A stretch of DNA of 64,000 nt. Origin: Candidatus Poseidoniaceae archaeon. GTDB taxonomy: Archaea; Thermoplasmatota; Poseidoniia; Poseidoniales; Poseidoniaceae. How positions within the stretch are numbered: position 1 is the stretch's first letter; each line of letters starts with the position of its first letter. The notes below the pieces were generated by a model. That model saw only the letters and a program-made list of their open reading frames with translations. It did no database searches and was not told the DNA's origin. The translations under genes were made by a program, and so were the position numbers. Below are positions 1 to 9,387 of this stretch, in pieces. The stretch covers positions 15,947 to 79,946 of the forward strand of contig JBMTJI010000004.1 in the NCBI GenBank assembly GCA_049438185.1. Direction: 5' to 3'.

Positions 1-1
1 G

Positions 2-640
2 GAATTCCTTGTTCGCGGTGCTCTTGCTGGGGAAGCATGCGCTCATTTCACCGCAACCGAGCCTTCGGTGAAGTTGCTCGAAAACATTCGTCAATACGCT
101 TTCTTTGATATGAATATGGTCGACACAGGATTGATCAACGTCTTCGACATGGACGTTCTGTATTCTTGGCTTGGTCTTGACAAATCAACCTTCGATTTGG
201 ATGACGTTCACGCTCTCATCAAGTCCATTACTGACATTGTTAACACCATTGGTGTAACGCGACTTGTCATCGACTCTGTAACAACGCTTTGTTACAAAAT
301 TAAGTCTGAGCAGTTGATTCGAGATTTCCTTTTCACGCTCGGAAAGAAACTCGCTACGCTCGGTTGCACGACCATTCTCATCTCAGAAATCACCTCCGCA
401 ACAGAGAATGCTCATTGGTCCTCCTTCGGTGTTGAAGAAGCGATTGCAGATGGCATCGTTGTCATGGGTGACGTTGAACGAATGGGTCACTTACTACGAT
501 TTCTCCAAGTCGTCAAAATGCGTGGGACTTCGCATAGTCGTGCGAAACATGCGATTGAACTCACGCCCTTGGGCGTCATGCTCACGCCGATGTTGAAATG
601 GGGCGCACAAAGCGATAAAGCGTCCAGATGGGGTGCTTGA
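2..640 (+). CDS. KaiC/RecA-superfamily ATPase, C-terminal part (5' end lies outside the window)
   Basis: The frame is open from nt 2 (EFLVRGALAGEACAHFTATEPS...) into the listed ORF 68..640. KaiC-type core strands are present: LVIDSVTTL, TTILISE, VKMRGTSHSRAKHAIELTPLGV. Confidence 0.7.
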   Translation, partial: EFLVRGALAGEACAHFTATEPSVKLLENIRQYAFFDMNMVDTGLINVFDMDVLYSWLGLDKSTFDLDDVHALIKSITDIVNTIGVTRLVIDSVTTLCYKIKSEQLIRDFLFTLGKKLATLGCTTILISEITSATENAHWSSFGVEEAIADGIVVMGDVERMGHLLRFLQVVKMRGTSHSRAKHAIELTPLGVMLTPMLKWGAQSDKASRWGA

Positions 641-1227
641 TGATGTTTGAACTCGACCAACGAATCGCAGAGCAACTCTCGACCATTTCACTCAACAGTT
701 CGGTTCAGGTGCGCTGTGGTAACTCCAATGCATTCATGGTCACTGCCAGCACCATGTTACCGTTGATGCAGATGTTCGAAATGGGTGGAGTTTACATCTC
801 AGCAAGCAGAGGTGCCGTTGAAATCATCCAAGCCTTCGAATCGATTGGTGTGGATGTCTCAAACATTCAATTCATTGATCTTGTTTCATCTGGTATTCTC
901 GGTGGTACCGATGTTACGTATCCAAACATTCACTTCGTCGATAGCCCAATTATGCTTGAATCCGTCTTGCTTCGCACACTCTATATCTTGCGAACCACGC
1001 AAACGCAACGAAACTTCGTCTTCCTCGATAGCGTCAATGCGCTTGCAATCTACAACGAGGATCGAATGCTTGCTGAATATCTCCACACGTTCATCAACAC
1101 CTTCCGGCAACGAGAAGTTCTCTCTGTAATTCTCAATGTCCCTGACCAAACTCCACCATTGGTTCTCTCAAATCTTGATTTGTACTGTACGGATTTGGTC
1201 GATCGTGGCCAGGTGGTTATTCACTGA
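628..1227 (+). CDS. KaiC-like domain protein without a recognisable P-loop
   Basis: It has a Walker-B-like strand (VFLDSVNALAIY) and KaiC-like length, but no GxxGxGK[ST]. An alternative ATG at 640 overlaps the upstream stop as TGATG, so the start is uncertain. Confidence 0.45.
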   Translation: MGCLMMFELDQRIAEQLSTISLNSSVQVRCGNSNAFMVTASTMLPLMQMFEMGGVYISASRGAVEIIQAFESIGVDVSNIQFIDLVSSGILGGTDVTYPNIHFVDSPIMLESVLLRTLYILRTTQTQRNFVFLDSVNALAIYNEDRMLAEYLHTFINTFRQREVLSVILNVPDQTPPLVLSNLDLYCTDLVDRGQVVIH

Positions 1228-1237
1228 GGGATGAATC

Positions 1238-2041
1238 ATGAGAAAGAACATTACATTCGACGCAGAAGATGAAGAGTTCTTCGGCCAAGTTGGGTCTTTT
1301 GGCGTACCTAAATTCGACAATGAAATGCACGGAGGCGTACCTCGTGGCTTCACAATGGTCGCCTTTACAGAGACAGGATCGGGAGCAGAATTGTTTGCGA
1401 AGCAATTTGTTTCACCTGCTGAAGAATCCGAAAACACCCTCTACATCTCAACCAATGAGGCGCAGCCAGAAATCGTCCGTGTGTTTAACAAGTACAGGTG
1501 GCCACTTGATGTGAACGTTCGCACCATTGGTGAAGAATACAACGCCAACGTTCTCGAGAAGGAACTCCTCGCAAGCAGGTACAGACTGGAAGGTTTCCGT
1601 TTGGAAGATATTCAGCGACTTGCTCAGACACGATTCGTCGAAGATTCAACGCAAGACTACCTTACCGAAGTTACCAACGAAATTATGGCGCTCGGTCCCT
1701 ATTTCCGAGCTGGAATTGACAGTCTTGATTTCTTCCTTCAGCGTGATGATCCAGGCCGGGTTATTGCGATGATTCGTATGCTTCAAGCCCATACGCAAAT
1801 GTATCGTGGTTTGCTTCTGATTATGGTTTCAGTGAATGGTTTGTCGGCATCCGTCCGTCAAGAACTGTCGAGTATCGCTGACATGGTGTTGACATTTGGT
1901 GTTCGAACCATTGGTTCAGATTTCGAAACATCGATGATCGTTTCCAAGTTTAGAAACGCTCCTGAAAATCTCAAGATGCTTGTTTTCCGTGTAACGCCAG
2001 AAGAAGGTATTACGCCAGAAACTGTCGAGCGTATCGCTTGA
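1238..2041 (+). CDS. KaiC-like protein with degenerate Walker A
   Basis: The KaiC lead-in GGVPRGFTMVAF is followed by TETGSGAELF, with no Lys-Ser/Thr. The C-terminal part reads KFRNAPENLKMLVFRVTPEEGI, like the KaiC 'KmRg...f.it..Gi' region. Confidence 0.55.
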   Translation: MRKNITFDAEDEEFFGQVGSFGVPKFDNEMHGGVPRGFTMVAFTETGSGAELFAKQFVSPAEESENTLYISTNEAQPEIVRVFNKYRWPLDVNVRTIGEEYNANVLEKELLASRYRLEGFRLEDIQRLAQTRFVEDSTQDYLTEVTNEIMALGPYFRAGIDSLDFFLQRDDPGRVIAMIRMLQAHTQMYRGLLLIMVSVNGLSASVRQELSSIADMVLTFGVRTIGSDFETSMIVSKFRNAPENLKMLVFRVTPEEGITPETVERIA

Positions 2042-2096
2042 TTGGCTTCATGGGCCAAGCGACACCTCCAAAGAGGGCAGAGGTTGCGGTATAATC

Positions 2097-2840
2097 ATGT
2101 CCAAGCGTGCGGCGACCGGCGGTTACGACCCGTCAGGCATCGATCTTGATGCTTGGACGGAACTTGAGGAACAACTCGAGGCAACCATTCCAAATTACGA
2201 CCGCGTCAACCGTTTGATGACCTTTGGCCAAGACAAGCGCTGGCGTCGAAATGTACGCAATCATGCAACGGCTGGCATGAAAGTGCTTGAGGTTGGATGT
2301 GGGCCTGGAAGTTTTGCTGAAGACCTCGTCGGATTGGATGTAACTTGTTTGGATCCATCCGAAGCCATGCTCAAGGTGGCGAAGAAGCGAGTTGATGGTG
2401 CACGCAAAGCACGAGGTGAGCGTCCAGCAACCTACGTCCAGGCACTTGCAGAAGATATTCCTCTTGATGACAATTCGTTTGACATGGTCTTCTGTTTGTT
2501 TTCGTTCCGAGATTTTCAAGACAAAAAGAAAGGTCTGGAAGAGATCTACCGTGTTCTGAAACCAGGTGGTCAATTGGTCATGTGTGATGCAGGTAAAGCC
2601 AATTATTTGCATGGACTTGCAGGCCGTATATGGATGAGCACGGTCGTTCAGTGGATGGCTCGATGGGTGACAAAGTCGAAGGATCATCCTTGGAAAGGTC
2701 TAGCACGCTCATACACGCATTACGGGACGAACAGATATTATCGTACAATGATGAAGGACGTAGGTTTTCAAGAAATTTCGGGTCGACTCCTTTACCCGTT
2801 CCTTATGTCGAGTCGATTTCGAGGAAGAAAACCGCAATAG
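2097..2840 (+). CDS. ubiE: UbiE/MenG-family SAM-dependent (demethylmenaquinone/ubiquinone) methyltransferase
   Basis: The UbiE signature YDRVNRLMTFGQDKRWRR is present, with SAM motif I VLEVGCGPG and post-I/II elements (LKPGGQLV). Confidence 0.75.
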   Translation: MSKRAATGGYDPSGIDLDAWTELEEQLEATIPNYDRVNRLMTFGQDKRWRRNVRNHATAGMKVLEVGCGPGSFAEDLVGLDVTCLDPSEAMLKVAKKRVDGARKARGERPATYVQALAEDIPLDDNSFDMVFCLFSFRDFQDKKKGLEEIYRVLKPGGQLVMCDAGKANYLHGLAGRIWMSTVVQWMARWVTKSKDHPWKGLARSYTHYGTNRYYRTMMKDVGFQEISGRLLYPFLMSSRFRGRKPQ

Positions 2841-2917
2841 GGCGCTTTGTTCCTTAGAACGGAGGACTCCATTAGCCTCATAAACCCCCTTCCAGTCGGA
2901 ATTTCATAGTGGTTGTT

Positions 2918-3235
2918 ATGGGAATGGAAAAAGTCCTTCAAAGCATCAAAAAAGCCGAGCAGGCTGCGGAACAGACACTTTCCGATGCGCAATCAGAATC
3001 CAGCCGCATCCTCAGCGATGCTCGCCGTGATGCCGCTGATCTCGTTGCCAAGGCAACCGAAGAAGCGCAAACATCCATCCAATCCACGCTTGATGCAGCG
3101 AAAGATGCCGCCATGAAGAACGTAAAGAGTGTTCAAAAGGAAGGTGCCAAAGCAGTTGAATCCGTCGAATCAGATGCAGGTTCCAAGCAAGATGCTGCCG
3201 TTGCGCTTATTGTCGAAAAATTGCTCAACCAATGA
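2918..3235 (+). CDS. atpH: A-type ATP synthase subunit H
   Basis: Small Ala/Glu-rich helical protein (VLQSIKKAEQAAEQTLSDAQ...) in first position of the atp operon. Start is ambiguous (GTG 2909, ATG 2918 or ATG 2924). Confidence 0.7.
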   Translation: MGMEKVLQSIKKAEQAAEQTLSDAQSESSRILSDARRDAADLVAKATEEAQTSIQSTLDAAKDAAMKNVKSVQKEGAKAVESVESDAGSKQDAAVALIVEKLLNQ

Positions 3236-3244
3236 GGTGATACG

Positions 3245-5302
3245 ATGTTCTCGACGGTTCCAATGTCACGAATGACGTTAGCAGCACCTGTTGACGCCAT
3301 GGCAGACATTGTCCGTGCATGTTCTGACCTTGGATGCGTCCACATCGAGGACTATACGCAATTCGAGGAAGGAATCGGTGTTGGACGTGCAATTCAAGGC
3401 GAAGATGCAGACAACGTCAGCGCTCTTCTTCTCAAAGTTCGAGCCGTCCGCAGCAATGTTTCAGTCTTCAATGCTAAAGGGACTATGTCTGCCTCGGCAG
3501 CCAAAGCCATGACCGAGGATCTTGAATCTGAAGTCGACAAGGCTCTTTCATACATTGAGGCTATTCGAGAAGCGGAAGCTGAAATCGCCACCCTTGAAGA
3601 TCAAGTTCGAATCTTTGAGAAACTCGCTCCTTTGAACATTTCACTCGACCTTTTGAGTGGCTACTCGGGTGTCGAAGTTTACGTCGCTGAAACAGCGAAT
3701 TCATCCAAGGCCGCCAAGGTCTTTGCTGACCTTCGAAACGACGTCGAATTCTTGGCTCCTGCAGGTCTTGTGGCTGTTGCTTGTGCTCCGAGCAAGGCTG
3801 CAGAGGTACAAATGGCTCTCGCAGAATTGAATGCGAAAGCCATCCAACTTCCAACGGGTGAAGGAAAGCCTGCTCAGCGAGCAAGCGATGCTCGCAAGGC
3901 TATCGCAGATGCCGAGTCCAAAATGGAATCGAATCAGAAGAATCTTGACGACTGGGCTGGAAAGCATGGTTCAGATCTCGTCATTGCAGAGGAATATCTC
4001 CGACGAGAGGATGCCATCTTTACTTCTCCGACATCGCTTGCAGTCTCGAACCAGGCCTTTGCCCTCGATGCTTGGGTTCCAACCAACAACGCAGAAAACG
4101 CACGTTCGAAACTCAAGGACTTGGTTTCACATCTTGAGATCGAAGAGCATGTGGATGACCATCACCATCACGGCGATCACGACCATCATCACGCAGAACC
4201 TGAACCGCCTATTGCCTACCAAAACGGTGGAACCGCTGAACCGTTCGAACTCGTCGTCGACCTTGTCGGCCGACCAAAGTACGGCACCTTTGAACCAACA
4301 TCGTTGATTATGATCACGCTTCCTCTCCTTTACGGTTTGATTCTCGGAGACTTTGGCTACGGATTTGTCATCGTTCTTCTCGCTCTCTGGCTTCGATCTC
4401 TACCTTTTGCCAAGGAGCCTATGGGCAAGAACGCAACAACCGTCCTACTATGGATGGGAATTTGGTGTATGTTCTGGGGTCTTGTGTTTGCTGAAGGATT
4501 CGGATTCATATGGGATGGTACAGGGAAAGTCATGGGTGACGCATCGCCTCTCATTCCATTGTATGATTGGACGTACGACATGACCTCGTCCTTCAAGAAG
4601 AGCGATATCGGCAAGGCACTCGGCCTTACGCACACCTATGTTCCATTCCACCGAGCGGACAGCGCTCTAACCGACTACGTTCTCGTTTCTGTTTACGTCG
4701 GCGTCTTCCACCTCTTCCTAGGATTCATCATTGGATTCTTCAACGTCATGAAGGGCCACGGTATTGTCGCAGCCTTCTTCGAAAAGGGAAGTTGGATGAT
4801 GATTCTTGGTGGTGGATTTTTCCACATCTACGGATTCATGAAGGGCAACAATGAGTTGCTTGCTGGTACGATTCCTGGTTTCTTTGTTGTTGCCGGTGTA
4901 TTGATCTTGATCGTAGCCCTCGCAGTCTTCGAAGGGTTTGGATGGGCTGGAGGCGTTATCATGGGGCCAATCGAAACGTTTGGCCTTCTGGCGAACACTC
5001 TCTCGTATCTGCGAATCATGGCAGTTGGTGTCGCAGGCGTCAAGATTGCTGAAATCAGCAACGACATGGGCTTCGCATCCATGCGAGATGCGATTACAGC
5101 GGGCGATTACCTCTTCGTCCCAATCTTCTTCCTCCTATGGATAGGAATCCAAGTGTTCGCTATTGCGCTTGGTCTCCTCTCACCTACAATTCACGCAGCC
5201 CGTCTCCACTTTGTGGAATGGATGGGCAAGTTTTACGATGGCTCCGGCAGGGTCTTTTCCCCGCTCGGTGGCCAACCTCTCCACGTGGAGGGGAAAGCAT
5301 AG
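3245..5302 (+). CDS. atpI: A-type ATP synthase subunit I (membrane a-subunit)
   Basis: 685 aa with a soluble coiled-coil N-half and a polytopic C-half carrying LSYLRIMAVG and the HAARLHFVEW...KFY ending typical of V/A-type subunit I/a. GAGGTGA lies upstream of the ATG. Confidence 0.9.
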   Translation: MFSTVPMSRMTLAAPVDAMADIVRACSDLGCVHIEDYTQFEEGIGVGRAIQGEDADNVSALLLKVRAVRSNVSVFNAKGTMSASAAKAMTEDLESEVDKALSYIEAIREAEAEIATLEDQVRIFEKLAPLNISLDLLSGYSGVEVYVAETANSSKAAKVFADLRNDVEFLAPAGLVAVACAPSKAAEVQMALAELNAKAIQLPTGEGKPAQRASDARKAIADAESKMESNQKNLDDWAGKHGSDLVIAEEYLRREDAIFTSPTSLAVSNQAFALDAWVPTNNAENARSKLKDLVSHLEIEEHVDDHHHHGDHDHHHAEPEPPIAYQNGGTAEPFELVVDLVGRPKYGTFEPTSLIMITLPLLYGLILGDFGYGFVIVLLALWLRSLPFAKEPMGKNATTVLLWMGIWCMFWGLVFAEGFGFIWDGTGKVMGDASPLIPLYDWTYDMTSSFKKSDIGKALGLTHTYVPFHRADSALTDYVLVSVYVGVFHLFLGFIIGFFNVMKGHGIVAAFFEKGSWMMILGGGFFHIYGFMKGNNELLAGTIPGFFVVAGVLILIVALAVFEGFGWAGGVIMGPIETFGLLANTLSYLRIMAVGVAGVKIAEISNDMGFASMRDAITAGDYLFVPIFFLLWIGIQVFAIALGLLSPTIHAARLHFVEWMGKFYDGSGRVFSPLGGQPLHVEGKA

Positions 5303-5332
5303 TCCACTGGACATAAAATGGAGGTAGAAAAA

Positions 5333-5641
5333 ATGAACAAGAATACCCTAAAAACAAGCCTACGAATGATGATTGTACTTGGCGCACTCGTCCTGATCGC
5401 TCAGGGCGCAGCTGCCGCAAACGTCGACGCCGACGGTGCCTACGATGACTGGGGCAAGTACATGGGAGCAGGTATTGCTCTCGGACTTGCTGCAGTTGGT
5501 GCTGGAATTTCCCAGGCCGCTATCGGTAGCGCTGCTGTCGGAATGATTGCAGAAGACGGATCCAAGTTTGGTCCTGCACTCATCTTCACGGCTCTTCCTG
5601 AGTCGATTGTTATTCTCGGTGCATTGCCACTCTTCCTCTGA
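5333..5641 (+). CDS. atpK: A-type ATP synthase subunit K (proteolipid c-subunit)
   Basis: Gly/Ala-rich hairpin GAGISQAAIGSAAVG ... ALPESIVILG with the carboxylate Glu. GGAGGT precedes ATG 5333; the track start 5318 is also possible. Confidence 0.85.
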   Translation: MNKNTLKTSLRMMIVLGALVLIAQGAAAANVDADGAYDDWGKYMGAGIALGLAAVGAGISQAAIGSAAVGMIAEDGSKFGPALIFTALPESIVILGALPLFL

Positions 5642-5691
5642 AGATTGGCTCCGAAACAGACTCGTTCTGTTTGACTGAAGGAGACGATACT

Positions 5692-6255
5692 ATGACACTT
5701 GAAACACTTGCGAAGGACATTGCAGCATCTGCGGAAGCGCAGGCGAAAGCGATGGTCAAAGAAGCGAAAGCGGAAGCAAAGACAATTGTCGGAGATGCAG
5801 AAGCCAAGGCAGCATCCATTCGTGATGAAGCCCAGACCCGTGCCGAGCGTGAAGCCAACCAAATCTCTCAGGAGATGGTCGCTAGCGCCCGCCAAGGCAA
5901 CCAGAAAGAATTGCTCATCGCTCGTCGTGGCGTCCTCGATGCCACCTATGATGCAGCAAAGTCACAACTCGCTGACCCAGGGATGAAGGGACGTGCTACG
6001 CTCCTCAAGTCCTTGCTCAAGCGTGCGGATGATGTTTCAGGTAAGGACTTCGTAATTCGACCAGTATCTGTTGATGCTGCTGCGCTGAAGAAAGAAGCAG
6101 GTTCTCGAACCATTGGTGATGAAATCGATGGCTTGGGCGGATTTATGATGGAAGCAGCGGACGGATCGGTCTCTTTTGATTTCCGATTTGACTCACTTCT
6201 TGACCGCACCTGGACTGAAGAACGTGCTGCGATTAACGAAACACTGTTTGGATGA
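5692..6255 (+). CDS. atpE: A-type ATP synthase subunit E
   Basis: Operon position, a long N-terminal Ala/Glu/Lys helix and a globular C-terminus. GGAGA precedes ATG 5692; the track start is TTG 5671. Confidence 0.75.
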   Translation: MTLETLAKDIAASAEAQAKAMVKEAKAEAKTIVGDAEAKAASIRDEAQTRAEREANQISQEMVASARQGNQKELLIARRGVLDATYDAAKSQLADPGMKGRATLLKSLLKRADDVSGKDFVIRPVSVDAAALKKEAGSRTIGDEIDGLGGFMMEAADGSVSFDFRFDSLLDRTWTEERAAINETLFG

Positions 6256-6265
6256 GGGATGAGAT

Positions 6266-7303
6266 ATGTTTTCGGGTAACGTACCATATGTAGCGTCACG
6301 AGCCAAAGCTCGTCGACAGGCATTGATGGACAAAGCCCGATTGCGCCAACTCATCAATCAATCACCAGAGCAGTTGACGAACACGGTAGCTGAGAGCGGA
6401 TACCAAAACGAAATCAACCTCTATGCGTCTCGATACACAGGAGGCGATCTCGTTGAGGCTGCGCTTACACACAACCTTGAGAATGAACTTGACAACATGC
6501 TTTCGCATTGTCGAGGTAAGGTTCGAAAGATTGTCGAAATTTACTCGAGCCGATATGAATACCAAAACGCAAAGGCCGTTCTACGTGCCGTTGCGAATGG
6601 AATTGAAGCAGAGAAACTCAGCAAAGACATCCTTCCGGATTTGAACGATATCAACACACCTTGGATCAAGATTCTGGAAAGTTCAGATGACCTACGTTCT
6701 GCGGCTCAACAAATGCGTCGCAAGTCGTTTGGATCAGCACTCACAAACCTTCCTGAAGATGCTCGCCTTGCCCACTACGAGGATGCATTGGATCGCCACT
6801 ACTTCGCCGCCTCACTGAGAGCGCTCGGGCACAGTGGTAACGATTCACGCTATCTGCGAAACGTACTGGCAACGGAAATCGACCATCGAAACATCTTGAA
6901 CGTCCTTGAGGCATCAGCCTTCGGAATTGAAGGAAACGACCTCTATGAGGAATTGATTCCGGGTGGACGCTTGATGCCACAGCGTTCTCTTTCATCCATC
7001 GCCAATGGTGGACGAAGCGCCATGATGGATGTCCTGAGAGGCAATGCAAAGTTCGATATCGCCGGATTTGAAGAAGCACTTCAAACGTCAGAAAAGGAAC
7101 GATCGCTCGATGCGGTCGTTACTTGGCTTCACGCAAGAGAATACGCACAGATGCAAAAGATGAGCTACCTCCATCCTGTATCTGCGCTACCTATCGTATA
7201 CTACATCGCCATGAAGGTCAAGGAGGTTACCGATCTCCGAATGATCGTTCGTGGTCGATTCGCAGGTTTGCCGCCTGAAATCCTAGAGGCTCACATTCTA
7301 TGA
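6266..7303 (+). CDS. atpC: A-type ATP synthase subunit C
   Basis: 345 aa helical protein in the C position between E and F. N-terminus reads YVASRAKARRQALMD, as in archaeal AtpC/V-type d. Confidence 0.8.
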   Translation: MFSGNVPYVASRAKARRQALMDKARLRQLINQSPEQLTNTVAESGYQNEINLYASRYTGGDLVEAALTHNLENELDNMLSHCRGKVRKIVEIYSSRYEYQNAKAVLRAVANGIEAEKLSKDILPDLNDINTPWIKILESSDDLRSAAQQMRRKSFGSALTNLPEDARLAHYEDALDRHYFAASLRALGHSGNDSRYLRNVLATEIDHRNILNVLEASAFGIEGNDLYEELIPGGRLMPQRSLSSIANGGRSAMMDVLRGNAKFDIAGFEEALQTSEKERSLDAVVTWLHAREYAQMQKMSYLHPVSALPIVYYIAMKVKEVTDLRMIVRGRFAGLPPEILEAHIL

Positions 7304-7312
7304 GGTGAAAAC

Positions 7313-7612
7313 ATGGAAATTGCAGTCGTAGGAACACCTGAATTTACCCTCGGATTCCAGCTTGCTGGAATTTCGAATCTCTACAATCCAGAAGGTGAAG
7401 AGGAACGCATCAAAGTGTTCCGTGACCTTCTCAACTCAAAGGATGTTGGAATTGTTGTTGTTGACTCCGCAGTTCTCGCATCCTTGCCAGATCGATTGCG
7501 CTCGCAATTGTCTGGTTCTGTCTCGCCGACGGTTCTTGGAATCGGAACGGATGAAGACAACACGCTCCGAGAAACCATTCGACGAGCAATCGGAGTCGAC
7601 CTATGGAAATGA
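7313..7612 (+). CDS. atpF: A-type ATP synthase subunit F
   Basis: 99 aa, MEIAVVGTPEFTLGFQLAGI... typical of subunit F. GAGGTGA RBS upstream. Confidence 0.85.
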   Translation: MEIAVVGTPEFTLGFQLAGISNLYNPEGEEERIKVFRDLLNSKDVGIVVVDSAVLASLPDRLRSQLSGSVSPTVLGIGTDEDNTLRETIRRAIGVDLWK

Positions 7613-7636
7613 TGTTCCAAAATGGAGGAAAAGAAC

Positions 7637-9376
7637 ATGAGCAAAGAAGGAGTAATCTACCGAATTTCGGGACCTGTGGTCACCGCAACGGGAATGAGCG
7701 CAGGAATGTATGACGTTGTCCGTGTGGGCAATGAAGGATTGATGGGAGAAGTCATCGAATTACACGGTGAAAAGGCTGTCATCCAAGTTTACGAAGATAC
7801 GTCAGGTATTCGACCTGGTGAACCGGTTATCAACACGGGTGAAACCCTCTCGGTTTCACTTGGACCTGGTTTGCTGACCCAGATTTATGACGGTATCCAG
7901 CGACCGCTTCCAACCTTGGAAGAAGTCATGGGTGTGTTCATTACTCGTGGTGTCGATGCAGATGCATTTGACCTAGAGAAGAAGTGGACGTTTGAAGCCG
8001 TCATCGAGAAGGGCGCTGCTGTTGAAGGCGGTCAAGTCATTGGCCACGTTCAAGAGACCGAAACCATCGTCCACAAGATCATGGTTCCTCCAACCATGAG
8101 TGGTGTTGTCAAGGACATCAAGTCTGGAGACTTCAACGTAACAGAAACCGTTTGTACACTTGAGGATGGCTCAGAAATTCAGATGATGCAAAAGTGGCCT
8201 GTTCGAACACCTCGTCCTTACCGACAGAAGTACGCACCAGATACGCCATTGATCACAGGTATGCGTATTCTCGACTTCCTGTTCCCACTTGCAAAGGGTG
8301 GTGCAGCAGGTATTCCAGGCCCATTCGGATCTGGAAAGACCGTTACGCAACAATCGCTTGCAAAGTACTCCGACGCTCAAATCGTTGTCTACATCGGTTG
8401 CGGTGAGCGTGGAAACGAGATGACAGAAGTACTGGATGAGTTCCCTCACTTGATTGACCCGAACACCGGTAAGCCTCTCATGAACCGAACGGTCATGATC
8501 GCCAACACATCCAACATGCCTGTAGCTGCTCGTGAAGCATCTGTGTACACTGGAATTACCATTGCTGAGTACTTCCGTGACATGGGCTACGACGTTGCTT
8601 TGATGGCAGACTCGACCTCTCGATGGGCTGAAGCAATGCGTGAGATTTCCTCCCGTCTTGAAGAGATGCCTGGTGAAGAAGGATATCCTGCTTACCTCTC
8701 ATCCCGAATTGCAGAGTTCTACGAACGTGCTGGCCGTGTTGAAACCAAGAATGGTGATGACGGATCGGTTACCGTTATCGGTGCTGTAAGCCCACCTGGT
8801 GGTGACATTTCCGAACCTGTTTCACAGGGTACGCTCCGAATTGTCAAGGTTTTCTGGGGATTGGATGCAGGTCTTGCACGACAACGTCACTTCCCTGCAA
8901 TCAACTGGCTCAACTCGTACTCTCTGTACCCGCAGAGCCTCAACCAGTGGTTCCGTGACAACATTGCACAAGACTTCCCTGAGATTCGAACTCAGATCAG
9001 TGGTTTGTTGCAAATTGAAGCCGAGTTGCAAGAGATTGTCCAACTTGTTGGTTCTGACGCACTACCGGTCGATCAACAACTTACATTGGAAGTCGCACGT
9101 ATGATTCGTGAATTCTTCTTGCAACAAAATGGATTCCACGATGTTGACGCATACTGTGACATCCACTTGCAATACTCCATGTCCAAGGCCATTCTCAGTT
9201 TCCAAGAAGCTGCAAAGAATGCTATGGCTGCTGGGGCACAACTCAACGATGTTGTCAACGTTCCAGCACGAACCGCACTCATGCGTGGCCGGTTCGAAAA
9301 GGGATACATCGATACCATCGATGACATGGTCAAATCCATGGTCGATGAAATCGCTGCTACTGTGGAGGACAACTAG
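7637..9376 (+). CDS. atpA: A-type ATP synthase catalytic subunit A
   Basis: Walker [10 protein letters not shown], with [11 protein letters not shown] and [10 protein letters not shown] motifs. GGAGGA precedes ATG 7637; the track start is 7622. Confidence 0.95.
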   Translation: MSKEGVIYRISGPVVTATGMSAGMYDVVRVGNEGLMGEVIELHGEKAVIQVYEDTSGIRPGEPVINTGETLSVSLGPGLLTQIYDGIQRPLPTLEEVMGVFITRGVDADAFDLEKKWTFEAVIEKGAAVEGGQVIGHVQETETIVHKIMVPPTMSGVVKDIKSGDFNVTETVCTLEDGSEIQMMQKWPVRTPRPYRQKYAPDTPLITGMRILDFLFPLAKGGAAGIPGPFGSGKTVTQQSLAKYSDAQIVVYIGCGERGNEMTEVLDEFPHLIDPNTGKPLMNRTVMIANTSNMPVAAREASVYTGITIAEYFRDMGYDVALMADSTSRWAEAMREISSRLEEMPGEEGYPAYLSSRIAEFYERAGRVETKNGDDGSVTVIGAVSPPGGDISEPVSQGTLRIVKVFWGLDAGLARQRHFPAINWLNSYSLYPQSLNQWFRDNIAQDFPEIRTQISGLLQIEAELQEIVQLVGSDALPVDQQLTLEVARMIREFFLQQNGFHDVDAYCDIHLQYSMSKAILSFQEAAKNAMAAGAQLNDVVNVPARTALMRGRFEKGYIDTIDDMVKSMVDEIAATVEDN

Positions 9377-9387
9377 GACGTGATATC

